DNA of 64,000 bases, taken from IMG/VR virus record IMGVR_UViG_3300029319_000001; one strand, 5' to 3'. Below are positions 1-11,684 of the stretch, in pieces. The translations under genes were made by a program, and so were the position numbers. The stretch comes from a virus. Its lineage: Duplodnaviria; Caudoviricetes. The notes under the pieces are model-generated. The model saw only the letters and a program-made list of their open reading frames with translations, did not search any database and was not told the origin of the DNA. Position 1 is the first letter of the stretch. Every line of letters begins with the position of its first letter.

Positions 1-2
1 AG

Positions 3-1410
<1,408 letters not shown>

Positions 1411-1418
<8 letters not shown>

Positions 1419-2037
1419 ATTTAAAGACGATACTCTTTACGGTTCTTCTGATACTCACATGTATATGATGGAATGGGAGAAAGATTATATGGAAACTTGT
1501 ATCAATTTACTAGAACCAGCAGGTGATGTATTAGAAATTGGTTTTGGATATGGTTTTTCTGCAACACATATTCAACAGTTTGATATCAAATCTCATACTA
1601 TTCTTGAACCAGATGAAGAGGTATATAAAAATGCATTAGAGTGGGCAAAAGATTATCCTAAAGCAAAAATAATTAAACAGGCATGGCCGTGTACAGATAA
1701 CCTTGACAAGTATGATTGTTTCTTTCATGATCCTTACATTGAGGATGCTGATGAGGAATTATTAAAATATAATTGTACTAACATATACTTTTTAATTAAA
1801 TGTATAAAGGAATTAGCAAAAAAAGATTCTAAATTTTCATTCTTCTGCTCTGTTAATGGAGAGAATAATGATGTAGGACAATATTTTGATCGTCTTCAAC
1901 AGACAATTGTTACTGAGTGTCCAGACGCTGAATATAAAATCTCTGTATATCAATACGACAGTACAAATGTACCAGAACATTGTAATTATACAAGGGAGGG
2001 GTGGTTGTATACTCCGTTGATTCAAGTTCAGCAATGA
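1411..2037 (+). CDS. SAM-dependent methyltransferase, GAMT/Rmt2-like
   Basis: MMEWEKDYM followed by DVLEIGFGYG motif I and SHTILEP. Confidence 0.7.
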
Positions 2038-2681
2038 TAGAATATCTTTTTCCTACTCCTTTCTATAAAAATAATATTCCCTGCCCTAAAAAAGAATGGG
2101 ATAGTATGATGGATGTCTGTGAAAGATTTTATAATAAAAATATACAAGAGATCAATGATTGTGGAAATTTTACAGGTGATCAAGACATACCAGAGTTCTT
2201 TTTGTTACATACCACAGAACAATTCTATTGGTTAAACTATCATATGGGTCAGGCAGTTAAAGAATATCTAAAAGAAATTACTGATGATGAAGACTATTCT
2301 GTTTTCTTCCAGAAATCATGGCCGAATGTGACTAGATTAGAGGATGGTGGTAATCCAAATCATTACCATAAAGGATCTCATTTTAGTGGAGTCTATTATC
2401 TTAGAACTGAGGGAAGTGGAGGAACTTTAAATCTTCAAAGCGGTAATGAGATGGATATGTTACCATTAAATTTAAAACCACACCTAGGAATATTTCAATT
2501 CAATCCTGTAGATGGTGATCTAATTGTATTTCCATCTAGTGTAATGCATAATGTTAGAGGTTTTTCTGGATCACATTATAGAGCATCTATAGTGTATGAT
2601 ATATTCATTACATCTTCAGAGACAGTTGATGATCGTTATGAAAACATTGTTACATCACCACATTTATGGGTAAGAGTATGA
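2034..2681 (+). CDS. 2OG-Fe(II) oxygenase, TIGR02466-like
   Basis: LFPTPFY start, HYHKGSHFSGVYYL, GDLIVFPSSVMHNV; start chosen at the ATGA overlap. Confidence 0.75.
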   Translation: MIEYLFPTPFYKNNIPCPKKEWDSMMDVCERFYNKNIQEINDCGNFTGDQDIPEFFLLHTTEQFYWLNYHMGQAVKEYLKEITDDEDYSVFFQKSWPNVTRLEDGGNPNHYHKGSHFSGVYYLRTEGSGGTLNLQSGNEMDMLPLNLKPHLGIFQFNPVDGDLIVFPSSVMHNVRGFSGSHYRASIVYDIFITSSETVDDRYENIVTSPHLWVRV

Positions 2682-3247
2682 TTGCTAAAGTATACGACAA
2701 CTTATTTTCTCCTGCATTTGTAGCAACTACAGATGAGATGGTGTTTAATCTACCTGTTTCATGTACCAATGAAGCAAATGGTAAACGCTATCCTGATGGT
2801 GGAGGTGGCACTCATAGATTATTTGGTGAAAATTTATTTGAAAGAATTAGTGTCAATACAATTACAAACTGGTCACCTAAAGCACCTGTGTTTTTTAATA
2901 TGCTGCGACATATTGAAGAGGTAACAGAGACAACATATTATTTGTCAAGGATAGATCTAAATTTACAGCATTCTTTTTGTGATGGTAGTGCCCATGTTGA
3001 TGGTGATGTTAGTAATTCAACCATTATGTACTTCTCAAATTGCCAATGGAAAAAAGAGTGGGGTGGTCAGTTCCAAATACTTGATGGACAACATGGTAAT
3101 GTTATAGAAGAGCATGAGTATGTGCCTGGTAGAGTTGTTATTTTTCCATCTAATTACTGGCATAGAGGTCTAGGACCTAGGCATCCATATGTGTATAGAT
3201 ACAGTATAGTATGGAGAGTAACTGCAGTTGACAGCATTGATTTATGA
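2678..3247 (+). CDS. 2OG-Fe(II) oxygenase
   Basis: HVD, WKKEWGG, PGRVVIFPSNYWHRG, YRYSIVW. Confidence 0.8.
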   Translation: MIAKVYDNLFSPAFVATTDEMVFNLPVSCTNEANGKRYPDGGGGTHRLFGENLFERISVNTITNWSPKAPVFFNMLRHIEEVTETTYYLSRIDLNLQHSFCDGSAHVDGDVSNSTIMYFSNCQWKKEWGGQFQILDGQHGNVIEEHEYVPGRVVIFPSNYWHRGLGPRHPYVYRYSIVWRVTAVDSIDL

Positions 3248-3861
3248 TGGATTATAATTATACTACGGATCTTAAACCATCCATTGCAACAGTTCCTAAA
3301 TTTTTATCAGCAGAAGACTTTCGTTATGCTACAGAGTTTGCTAAAAAAGCACCTTACATATGGGGTGAGAGTGACGGACCTGGTAAATTAAAACCAACAG
3401 GAATGATCTATGATATCATGGATGAAATGATTGGGGTTGGTGAGTTAGATAATGGAGAGATCGTGCCTGAGGTTGAAAGAAATATATCAATAAGTGATAA
3501 GGATCAGTATATAATTGATATGATTGATAGTAATATATGTTCTAAGTTTCCAGAGATGGAAGATTATGATTTGTATAGAGCATATATTAATTGCTTTGCT
3601 CCTAGAGAGATAGCAAATTTTCATCAAGACTGTGCAGATGGTTACGATGCTATAACTTTTATATTTTATGGTAACGAACTGTATACTGGTCTAAATGATG
3701 GTGGGGCAACTGAGTTTTATCTTGATGATAGAATTATTGCTATACCACCAGTACCAAATACCCTACTAAAATTTACTGCATGGGTTTACCATAGAGCAAC
3801 TCCTCTTAAATCTGATCATCGTTTTACATATGCATTCAAATACTGTAGAAAGGATTATTAA
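3244..3861 (+). CDS. 2OG-Fe(II) oxygenase
   Basis: RAYINCF, FHQD, GGATEF, YHRATP, RFTYAFK. Confidence 0.8.
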   Translation: MMDYNYTTDLKPSIATVPKFLSAEDFRYATEFAKKAPYIWGESDGPGKLKPTGMIYDIMDEMIGVGELDNGEIVPEVERNISISDKDQYIIDMIDSNICSKFPEMEDYDLYRAYINCFAPREIANFHQDCADGYDAITFIFYGNELYTGLNDGGATEFYLDDRIIAIPPVPNTLLKFTAWVYHRATPLKSDHRFTYAFKYCRKDY

Positions 3862-4429
3862 AGATGATCGTTACTTCATAGAAGATAATTTATTTCTTCC
3901 TGAGGTCATAGATGAGTTGAGAGAGTTTGCATTGACTACAGATGTCAAGGATGATTCTTATAATGGATATCATTCTATAAATTTTACAAGAGATTCATTC
4001 CCACTTGATTTGTTAAAGGATATAGTTATCTCATTAAAATCAAAATATAAATTTCTAGGAGAATTTTCTAGGGGTTGGGCGTTCGTGCATGACAATAATG
4101 CTAACGGAGTAACACCTCATGCAGATCCAGCAAGATATAATATCAATCTATGGGTCAGTCCTAATGAGTCTGTTCAAGATCCAGAGAAGAATGGATTAAT
4201 TCTTTATGATATTCAACCACCACCAACTTGGACATGGGAAGAATATAATAATGATACAATAATGATAAGAAAATACCTAGAGTATACTAAATCTAAGAAG
4301 ACTGTCATACCATATGCATGCAACAGACTTTTGATTTTTAACTCTAAATATTTTCACGAAACCAACAAGGTTTCTATGATCGAGGGATCAGATAATAGAA
4401 GAGTTAACTACACATTCATGTTCGAGTGA
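3830..4429 (+). CDS. 2OG-Fe(II) oxygenase-like protein
   Basis: HAD, NLWVSP, YACNRLLIFNSKYFHET, RVNYTFMF. Confidence 0.7.
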   Translation: MHSNTVERIIKDDRYFIEDNLFLPEVIDELREFALTTDVKDDSYNGYHSINFTRDSFPLDLLKDIVISLKSKYKFLGEFSRGWAFVHDNNANGVTPHADPARYNINLWVSPNESVQDPEKNGLILYDIQPPPTWTWEEYNNDTIMIRKYLEYTKSKKTVIPYACNRLLIFNSKYFHETNKVSMIEGSDNRRVNYTFMFE

Positions 4430-5088
4430 CTAAATTTTTTAAATACAGCGATTTTGAATTCAATTCTACTTGGGCTATCAATGTTGAGTCTTGGAGGGAT
4501 TCTAAGATCATGTTTATTGATAATGTATATAAGTATCCAGATAGAGTCTATTCATATTTGGATTCTATTAGAGCAATTAGAACTCATAAATCTATTGGTG
4601 GATCTAAAAATGGTATAGATTTTATGGATGGTCAGATGGCCATAGATAATAGATGGGATCAGAATAGAAAATTTCTTATTGAAATGCTTGCTGATGCGTA
4701 TAGTGTTCCAGATGTAGATCCAAATGCTGTCCCGAATAGTACTAATACTTTTAGATTAATATCAGACTATCCTGGTGCTGGTAACTATTGGCATCCTCAT
4801 ATTGATGGACAATTAAACTTTATAATTTTTTTGAATCCAGAGCATCATATGAAGGCAGGTACTACTTTGTATAGAGCTGCAAATACAAAGTCAAAATCAT
4901 ATCTAATAAAGAAAGATACAGAACATAGTAATCCTTGGAGAACAGAAAAGCAATTTACTGAAGAGTTATGTATCTTGGATAGGTTCAATCAAGGGGTTGT
5001 TTTTCCTGGTCAGTGGTTTCACGGTCAAACAATAACAGATAATTTTTTTAAAACCACTACAAGATTTACTGAAGTTACTTTTATTTGA
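4426..5088 (+). CDS. DUF6445-like 2OG-Fe(II) oxygenase-like protein
   Basis: IDNVYKYPD, HPHID, GTTLY, FNQGVVFPGQWFHG; GTG start. Confidence 0.65.
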   Translation: MTKFFKYSDFEFNSTWAINVESWRDSKIMFIDNVYKYPDRVYSYLDSIRAIRTHKSIGGSKNGIDFMDGQMAIDNRWDQNRKFLIEMLADAYSVPDVDPNAVPNSTNTFRLISDYPGAGNYWHPHIDGQLNFIIFLNPEHHMKAGTTLYRAANTKSKSYLIKKDTEHSNPWRTEKQFTEELCILDRFNQGVVFPGQWFHGQTITDNFFKTTTRFTEVTFI

Positions 5089-5091
5089 GTT

Positions 5092-5340
5092 ATGTTAAGA
5101 GTTAAATGCAAGAGATGTAATACTGAATTGATCAGTAGCAACAAAGTTCAGAGTTGTGGGTGTACAAACCGAACAGTTTTGGAAGGAGATACTGTGTCTG
5201 CGGTCAACCTTTCGGAAGTCATATTAATAAATAATACATCAAATGTCAGGGAAGCTGGACATTTAACGAAAGATCAGTTAGAATGGCAGGAACAACGCCG
5301 AAAAAGACGGATCCGCAAACTTACCTACGAGGAACGATGA
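5092..5340 (+). CDS. Zn-ribbon hypothetical protein
   Basis: CKRC...CGC motif, basic C-terminus typical of cyanophage hypotheticals. Confidence 0.6.
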   Translation: MLRVKCKRCNTELISSNKVQSCGCTNRTVLEGDTVSAVNLSEVILINNTSNVREAGHLTKDQLEWQEQRRKRRIRKLTYEER

Positions 5341-5543
5341 TTGACTTAGATGCCAGATACCATGAATATTTAATAAGGGATAATAAAAATTTCAGACTTG
5401 ATGGCATTGATGAAAAAGTCAAAGCATATGGTTACACAGATAACGGACAAGAAATAGATGGTTACTATGTGACCACAGAGAATTATACTTTCTATTTTTG
5501 TAAGAACGGAGTCTTCAAAAGGAAGGAGGAGTTAGCAAAGTGA
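5337..5543 (+). CDS. Hypothetical protein
   Basis: ATGA coupling to the upstream gene; MIDLDARYHEYL. Confidence 0.55.
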   Translation: MIDLDARYHEYLIRDNKNFRLDGIDEKVKAYGYTDNGQEIDGYYVTTENYTFYFCKNGVFKRKEELAK

Positions 5544-5687
5544 GTGGAGATTGTAAGGATCAACCCATCGTTTTTTATGCTAGAGAGATGACGGTTACAA
5601 AGAAAATTCTTTTATCAAAAGAAGGTGTTAAGTTTGCATATGATATTTTTAAAACAGAAAAAGAATTGACAAAGGATGATGACTAGT
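5540..5687 (+). CDS. Small hypothetical protein (about 48 aa, end approximate)
   Basis: GTGA overlap; VSGDCKDQPIVFYAREM...LTKDDD then TAG. Confidence 0.4.
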
Positions 5688-5694
5688 CTATAAT
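5666..5694 (+). promoter_or_regulatory. Sigma70-type (early) promoter
   Basis: TTGACA-17 nt-TATAAT, perfect consensus. Confidence 0.85.
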
Positions 5695-5723
5695 AGACCA
5701 GTACACAAATCCAAAGATCAATA

Positions 5724-6029
5724 ATGTCTTGTGGAAAAAATCATACCTATGACACCTATCAAACTGCTGCCGATGGGGTCAAACTTGCGGTTATAGAAGC
5801 TCTAAATATAGACGAAGAGACAGATACGCTAAAAGAACTCTGGAGCATTTACATTAGTCTCCGTTCTATAGCTGATAACTCTGCACAGCATTCCGAAGAA
5901 ATTACAGGTAATATAGATATCGATACTAGCATTTTTAATGTCGGGTTAACAACCGATATTATGACAGGTATTGATCTTGAAGATTTAAGTGAAGGTCTGG
6001 GTGCAGGTGACTCTATATCATTCGAGTAA
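5724..6029 (+). CDS. Acidic hypothetical protein
   Basis: 101 aa ORF directly behind a consensus promoter. Confidence 0.6.
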   Translation: MSCGKNHTYDTYQTAADGVKLAVIEALNIDEETDTLKELWSIYISLRSIADNSAQHSEEITGNIDIDTSIFNVGLTTDIMTGIDLEDLSEGLGAGDSISFE

Positions 6030-7022
6030 ATGAAAGCATTAATCACAGGTATTACAGGACAAGATGGATCGTACCTTGCTGAATTTCTCCTTGAGAAAGG
6101 ATATGAAGTTCATGGTATAGTCCGTCGTTCTTCTCTCATTAATACACATAGGATCGATCACATATATGATAAGATCCAACTCCATTATGGAGACTTGACC
6201 GACTCTGGTAGCATCATTAGTTTAGTTCAAAAAATTAAACCAACTGAGGTGTATAATCTTGCTGCTATGAGTCATGTTAAGGTGTCATTTGAAATACCTG
6301 AGTATACTGGTGAGGTAGATGCCCTTGGAACCCTTCGTCTTCTAGAAGCAATTCGTCTTCTAGATCATGAGTGTAAGTTCTATCAAGCATCTACTTCAGA
6401 GTTATATGGATTAGTGCAAGAAGTCCCACAAAAAGAAACTACACCTTTCTATCCTCGTAGTCCTTATGGGTGTGCTAAGTTGTATGCCTATTGGATAACA
6501 AAAAACTATCGTGAAGCATATGGAATCCATGCTAGTAATGGAATTCTATTCAACCACGAATCCCCTAGGAGAGGCGAAACTTTTGTAACTAGAAAGGTTA
6601 CAAGAGGTCTGTCTCGTATCTCCACAGGGATGGAGTCAGAACTGTTGTTAGGTAATCTAGATGCTAAGAGAGATTGGGGGCATGCCAAGGATTTTGTTCG
6701 TGGTATGTGGATGATCACTCAACATCATACACCTGACGAGTTTGTTCTTGCTACTGGTAAGATGCGTAGTGTTAGAGAATTTGTTGAGGAAGCAGCAACC
6801 TATTTTGGGTTGAATATTGAATGGAGAGGTGAGGGTATGGAAGAGGTTGGTTATTGTAAATCTCTCCGTAGAAACATCATCAAAGTTCACCCTAAATATT
6901 ACCGCCCAACAGAGGTCGAAGAACTTTTAGGTGATGCAACCAAGGCAAAAGAAGTTTTGGGGTGGGAACCTGAGTTATCATTTACTGATCTTGTAGAAGA
7001 CATGTGTATTTACGGACAATGA
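6030..7022 (+). CDS. gmd: GDP-mannose 4,6-dehydratase
   Basis: [49 protein letters not shown]. Confidence 0.97.
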   Translation: MKALITGITGQDGSYLAEFLLEKGYEVHGIVRRSSLINTHRIDHIYDKIQLHYGDLTDSGSIISLVQKIKPTEVYNLAAMSHVKVSFEIPEYTGEVDALGTLRLLEAIRLLDHECKFYQASTSELYGLVQEVPQKETTPFYPRSPYGCAKLYAYWITKNYREAYGIHASNGILFNHESPRRGETFVTRKVTRGLSRISTGMESELLLGNLDAKRDWGHAKDFVRGMWMITQHHTPDEFVLATGKMRSVREFVEEAATYFGLNIEWRGEGMEEVGYCKSLRRNIIKVHPKYYRPTEVEELLGDATKAKEVLGWEPELSFTDLVEDMCIYGQ

Positions 7023-8263
7023 ACTGTAGCAAATTTCACGAAATTAAAAAATGTAGGGTCTGTGGCAACGAACATTTAGATGTCGTCCTCGACCTAGGTG
7101 ATCAATATCTTTCTGGTATATTCCCTAAAGAAATTGATAAGGACATGTACAAAGGTCCCCTAACTCTTGTTAAATGTAACGAGAAGAAAGGTGGATGTGG
7201 TCATGTTCAATTACAACATACATTTGATCTCCCTACCATGTATGGAGACGAGTATGGATACCGTTCTGGACTAAACAAAAGTATGATTCGTCATCTCAAA
7301 GAGAAGGCATTAAAAATTCAAACTGATGTTGAACTTGAGTCAGGTGACATTGTATGTGACATCGCAGGAAACGATGGAACATTCTTAGGATTCTTTCCTA
7401 AGGATTGTCAGTTGATAAGTATTGATCCTACCTCTAAGAAATTTAAAGATTATATTCCTGAGAATGTAAGTTACATTGCTGACTTTTTCTCTGCTGATAC
7501 ATTCCATGAGAGATTTGGTAAACAAAAAGCAAAAGTTATCACATCATTCTCTATGTTTTATGACCTAGAAGATCCATGTGAGTTTGCTAGACAAGTTCGT
7601 GCTTGTTTAGAACCAAGTGGTATCTGGGTGCTAGAGCAGAGTTATATGCCTGAGATGTTAAGGCAAAATTCATTTGATACTGTATGTCATGAGCATCTAT
7701 CATACTATGGTATGAGACAGATCAAATATATTATGGACAAGGCAGGATTTAATATCATTGACTTTGAGTTTAATGATGTCAATGGTGGTAGTATATCTGT
7801 AGTTGTTTCACCTCTAGGAAAAGAATGTACTACAAAATTAACTGCTCTTCTTGCTAGTGAACTTGAACAGGGTTTAGATACTACTGTGCCTTGGGATGAG
7901 TTTGGTGATAGAATAAATTCATGCAAGGAACAGTTCTGGAAGATGATAGATTATTATAAGAAGAATAACGCAAAGATATGTGCGTTAGGTGCAAGCACTA
8001 AGGGTAATGTAACACTCCAAACATGGGAAGTTACTCCTAATGACATAGCAGTCATAGGTGATGTTAATCCAGACAAAGATGGTTCTTACACACCTGGTAC
8101 TTGGATTCCTATTAAGGATGAAGAGGATGTTTTATTATGGGATTATGATGTTCACATTGTATTACCTTGGCATTTTAGAGATTTCTTTTTGAAGAATCCT
8201 AAGTTCAAAGGTAAGAGATTTTTATTCCCCTTACCAGAACCAGAAGTTGTTATTGCTCAATGA
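7019..8263 (+). CDS. NDP-hexose C-methyltransferase (TylCIII/EryBIII-like)
   Basis: N-terminal CRVC/C..CGHVQL Zn site, [28 protein letters not shown]. Confidence 0.85.
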   Translation: MNCSKFHEIKKCRVCGNEHLDVVLDLGDQYLSGIFPKEIDKDMYKGPLTLVKCNEKKGGCGHVQLQHTFDLPTMYGDEYGYRSGLNKSMIRHLKEKALKIQTDVELESGDIVCDIAGNDGTFLGFFPKDCQLISIDPTSKKFKDYIPENVSYIADFFSADTFHERFGKQKAKVITSFSMFYDLEDPCEFARQVRACLEPSGIWVLEQSYMPEMLRQNSFDTVCHEHLSYYGMRQIKYIMDKAGFNIIDFEFNDVNGGSISVVVSPLGKECTTKLTALLASELEQGLDTTVPWDEFGDRINSCKEQFWKMIDYYKKNNAKICALGASTKGNVTLQTWEVTPNDIAVIGDVNPDKDGSYTPGTWIPIKDEEDVLLWDYDVHIVLPWHFRDFFLKNPKFKGKRFLFPLPEPEVVIAQ

Positions 8264-9207
8264 AACTGAGGACAATGCATAAACAATCTAGAATCTTCGT
8301 TGCAGGTCACAAAGGACTAGTAGGATCTGCAATAGTCCGTCGTCTTAAAGAAGATGGATACGAGAATATTATTACTCGTACTCGCCAAGAAGTTGATCTT
8401 GTTGATCCTGTAGCAGTTGAGAATTTTTTTAGAGATAATCAAATAGATTTTGTCTTTGATGCTGCTGCTAGAGTCGGTGGCATTCATGCTAATGATGCGT
8501 ACTCTGCAGAGTTTATCTATCAGAATACACAGATTCAAATGAATCTTATTCATTATGCATACAAATGGCATGTCAAGAAATTTTTATTCCTAGGATCAGT
8601 TTGTATCTATCCTAAGTTTGCTGAGACTCCTGTGAAAGAAGAGTCATTAATGTCAGGTGAATTAGAACCTACTAATGAAGCATATGCCATTTCCAAGATA
8701 CATGGTATAGAGATGCTGAAGATGTATCACAAACAGTATGGATTTAAAGGTGTGTCATTAATGCCAGCAAATCTATATGGTCCTAATGATAACTTCCATC
8801 CTGAGAATGGACATGTGATACCTGCATTGATGACTAAGTTTAACAATGCTACTGAAGATGTTGTTACATGTTGGGGTGATGGTACACCCATGAGAGAGTT
8901 TCTTTATGTTGACGATCTAGCAGACGCATGTATGTTTGCTATGGAACATTATGAAAATGCTGAACTACTTAATGTTGGATCAGGTCAAGATGTTTCTATT
9001 TTTCATTTAGCACATAAGGTTGCTGCTGTTACTGGATATAAAGGTAAGATTGAGTGGGATACTAGTAGACCTAATGGAACACCTAAGAGACCATTAGATT
9101 ATAGTAAACTAACTGCTAAAGGATGGAAACCTAAGTATACATTAGAACAGGGTCTTGCTGAGGCATATAAATGGTTTATAGAACACACTTTTATACAGAC
9201 TAAATGA
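8260..9207 (+). CDS. fcl: GDP-L-fucose synthase (epimerase/reductase)
   Basis: GHKGLVGSA, AARVGGI, FLGSVCIYPK, NEAYAISK, NLYGPNDNF, HVIPAL. Confidence 0.95.
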   Translation: MKLRTMHKQSRIFVAGHKGLVGSAIVRRLKEDGYENIITRTRQEVDLVDPVAVENFFRDNQIDFVFDAAARVGGIHANDAYSAEFIYQNTQIQMNLIHYAYKWHVKKFLFLGSVCIYPKFAETPVKEESLMSGELEPTNEAYAISKIHGIEMLKMYHKQYGFKGVSLMPANLYGPNDNFHPENGHVIPALMTKFNNATEDVVTCWGDGTPMREFLYVDDLADACMFAMEHYENAELLNVGSGQDVSIFHLAHKVAAVTGYKGKIEWDTSRPNGTPKRPLDYSKLTAKGWKPKYTLEQGLAEAYKWFIEHTFIQTK

Positions 9208-10013
9208 TTGGTATTAATTATGTTGGCAAGCGTAAAGAGCGTCTAGCAAATCAGATGTTTCAATATGCTGCTGTGAAAGGTATAGCAAAGAACAGAGGGT
9301 ATAATTGGTGTGTGCCTCCATCTAAATGGAAATCTAGTAAGGATGATTGGCAAGAGCATCAACTGTTTCAACCATTCAAACTTACTTCAATGAATCCTTT
9401 ACAAGTACAAAGGATTGATGATAGTCGTCCTGTTGTAGAAGAAAAATCATTTCATTTTGACGAAGAGTTATATAATAATTGTCCAGATTTTGTATCACTT
9501 CTTGGATTTTTTCAATCAGAAAAATATTTTTTAAATGTTAGAGAAGAATTACTAGAAGACTTTACTTTTCTTGATGAGATTTCAGATCCATGTAAGGAAA
9601 TGATAAGAGGAGTTGATAATCCTATTGCACTTCATGTAAGAAGAACAGACTATATTCACTATAAACACCATCCTATTGTTGATATAAATTACTATAGGAA
9701 AGCACTGAGTAAGTTCGACTCAGATCGCACCGTCGTCATTTTTTCAGACGATCCTTCTTGGTGTATGGAGCAGGAGTTATTTTCTGATGATCGTTTCATA
9801 GTATCACAGGCAGACAATCAGTATGTTGATCTTTGTTTAATGAGTATGTGTGATGATTTTATTATTGCTAACTCATCATTCTCTTGGTGGGGTGCATGGT
9901 TGTCTACTAATAAAGACAAGAGAGTGATTGCACCATCTAAATGGTTCGGTCCTCCTTTGAATGTTCAAAATGATACCAAGGATTTATATTGTAAAGGTTG
10001 GGAATTGGTATGA
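9204..10013 (+). CDS. Alpha-1,2-fucosyltransferase, GT11
   Basis: RLANQMFQYA, GFFQSEKYF, HVRRTDY, FSDD, IIANSSFSWWGAWL. Confidence 0.92.
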   Translation: MIGINYVGKRKERLANQMFQYAAVKGIAKNRGYNWCVPPSKWKSSKDDWQEHQLFQPFKLTSMNPLQVQRIDDSRPVVEEKSFHFDEELYNNCPDFVSLLGFFQSEKYFLNVREELLEDFTFLDEISDPCKEMIRGVDNPIALHVRRTDYIHYKHHPIVDINYYRKALSKFDSDRTVVIFSDDPSWCMEQELFSDDRFIVSQADNQYVDLCLMSMCDDFIIANSSFSWWGAWLSTNKDKRVIAPSKWFGPPLNVQNDTKDLYCKGWELV

Positions 10014-10729
10014 AAGTTGCATTACCTAGTGGAAAGTTAGCGGTTATATTCATTGGTACTAATAAGTATCTTGAATTTTTCCCTAGTTATTTTAATTCTT
10101 GTATGGATAATTTAGCTCCATCTAGTTTTGTTGAAAAACATTTCTTTGTTTTTAGTGACGGTAAAGTAGAAGGAGAACTTCCTAATAATATTACATTTAT
10201 TCCTACAGAACATAAACCTTGGCCAGCAATTACCTTAGAAAGATTTCATACTATCTTAACGATAGAGGATAGACTCAAGGACTTTGATTGGATTCTTTTC
10301 TTGGATGCTGATATGGAAGTCAGACAAAGAGTAGAGAGCAACGAATTGTTTACTGCTAAAGACTTTATTGGAGTTCATCATCCATGTCATTATAAAACTG
10401 GCACAGGAACCTATGAAAGGAACCCTAAGTCAGAAGCATGTGTGACAGGTGATCAAATTAATTACTATCAAGGATGTTTGTGGGGTGGTAAAACTTCTGC
10501 TGTTATTCCTATGATGAAGACTCTGAAAGATAGAGTTGACAAGGATTATGAGAATGATATAATAGCAGTATGGCATGATGAAAGTCATCTTAATAAATTC
10601 TTCATTGAGAATGAAGATAAATTACATGCTCTTTCACCTGACTATGCATTTCCAGAATGTTATCCTGACTATCCTTTTGAACAAAAAATTGTACATCTAG
10701 CAAAAGACAATAAATCTTATCAACAATGA
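10010..10729 (+). CDS. Glycosyltransferase family 6 (ABO/alpha-1,3-Gal(NAc) transferase-like)
   Basis: WPAITLERF, FLDADM, YYQGCLWGG, AVWHDESHLNKFF, LSPDY. Confidence 0.92.
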   Translation: MKVALPSGKLAVIFIGTNKYLEFFPSYFNSCMDNLAPSSFVEKHFFVFSDGKVEGELPNNITFIPTEHKPWPAITLERFHTILTIEDRLKDFDWILFLDADMEVRQRVESNELFTAKDFIGVHHPCHYKTGTGTYERNPKSEACVTGDQINYYQGCLWGGKTSAVIPMMKTLKDRVDKDYENDIIAVWHDESHLNKFFIENEDKLHALSPDYAFPECYPDYPFEQKIVHLAKDNKSYQQ

Positions 10730-11439
10730 CAGATCCTAATGCATGGCAAATGCCAACCTTCTATACTTCTGACAAAGCATCTAAACTCAGAAGAACTTTT
10801 CCTGGTTTACATCTAGTAGACAGGCAAAATTTTTCTCAGTGTTATCAGGACATGTTTGTTTTGTGTATGCTTGATGGAAAACCTCAAGGAACATTCGTAG
10901 AGATTGGGTCAGGACATCCTGTTATTTCTAACAATACTGCTCTTCTAGAGTCTAGATATGAATGGACAGGTATAGGTTTTGAAATTAAGGAGCACGAGGC
11001 AGACCTGTATAATGAGCACCGTAAATCACCAGTTGCTTTAGGTGATGCTACTACTGCAGACTTTGATGCTTTGTTTGAAGAGGTTAAATTAGGACCAGTA
11101 TTTGATTATCTACAGGTTGATTGTGAACCAGCACAGGTCACATTCGATGCCTTGAAAAAAATAGATCTATCCAAGTACAAATTCGCAGTTATTACATTTG
11201 AACATGACTCGTACAATGATGGCAACACTGTCAGGGATGCTTCAAGAGAGTATCTTAAGTCTTTTGGTTATAAGCTTATTGCTGATAACATCTCGGTAGA
11301 TGACTCCCATCCATTTGAGGATTGGTGGTGTCATCCAGATTTAGTTCCATCACATTGCATAGATGATATGCTCTGTGTTGATGGAGAGACGAAAAAAGCA
11401 GAGGACTATATGCTAATTCCACTAACCGTTATGAAATGA
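10726..11439 (+). CDS. FkbM-family methyltransferase
   Basis: FSQCYQDMFV, FVEIGS, NNTALLE, DYLQVDCE, ITFEHD. Confidence 0.75.
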   Translation: MTDPNAWQMPTFYTSDKASKLRRTFPGLHLVDRQNFSQCYQDMFVLCMLDGKPQGTFVEIGSGHPVISNNTALLESRYEWTGIGFEIKEHEADLYNEHRKSPVALGDATTADFDALFEEVKLGPVFDYLQVDCEPAQVTFDALKKIDLSKYKFAVITFEHDSYNDGNTVRDASREYLKSFGYKLIADNISVDDSHPFEDWWCHPDLVPSHCIDDMLCVDGETKKAEDYMLIPLTVMK

Positions 11440-11684
11440 ATGATTCACTTGTTTTTATATACTTTCTTTGTTTCGCTGTTGTTGCAGGAATGACATTTGC
11501 ATACATGTATGCTATGATGACTTCTACTTTAAAAGATTTCAACAGACAACAAGAAAATATAAAACAAAATTTGCATCCCGAAATGAGGGATGTAAAATCT
11601 GGTGAGTCTCTTCTTGTATTCAATCCTCAACAAGAAGATGAAGATGACGATGACGAGGGTGATGTTATTATTGTACGAAAATGA
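11436..11684 (+). CDS. Small membrane protein (DUF2973-like)
   Basis: N-terminal TM helix, HPEM motif, acidic tail. Confidence 0.55.
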   Translation: MNDSLVFIYFLCFAVVAGMTFAYMYAMMTSTLKDFNRQQENIKQNLHPEMRDVKSGESLLVFNPQQEDEDDDDEGDVIIVRK

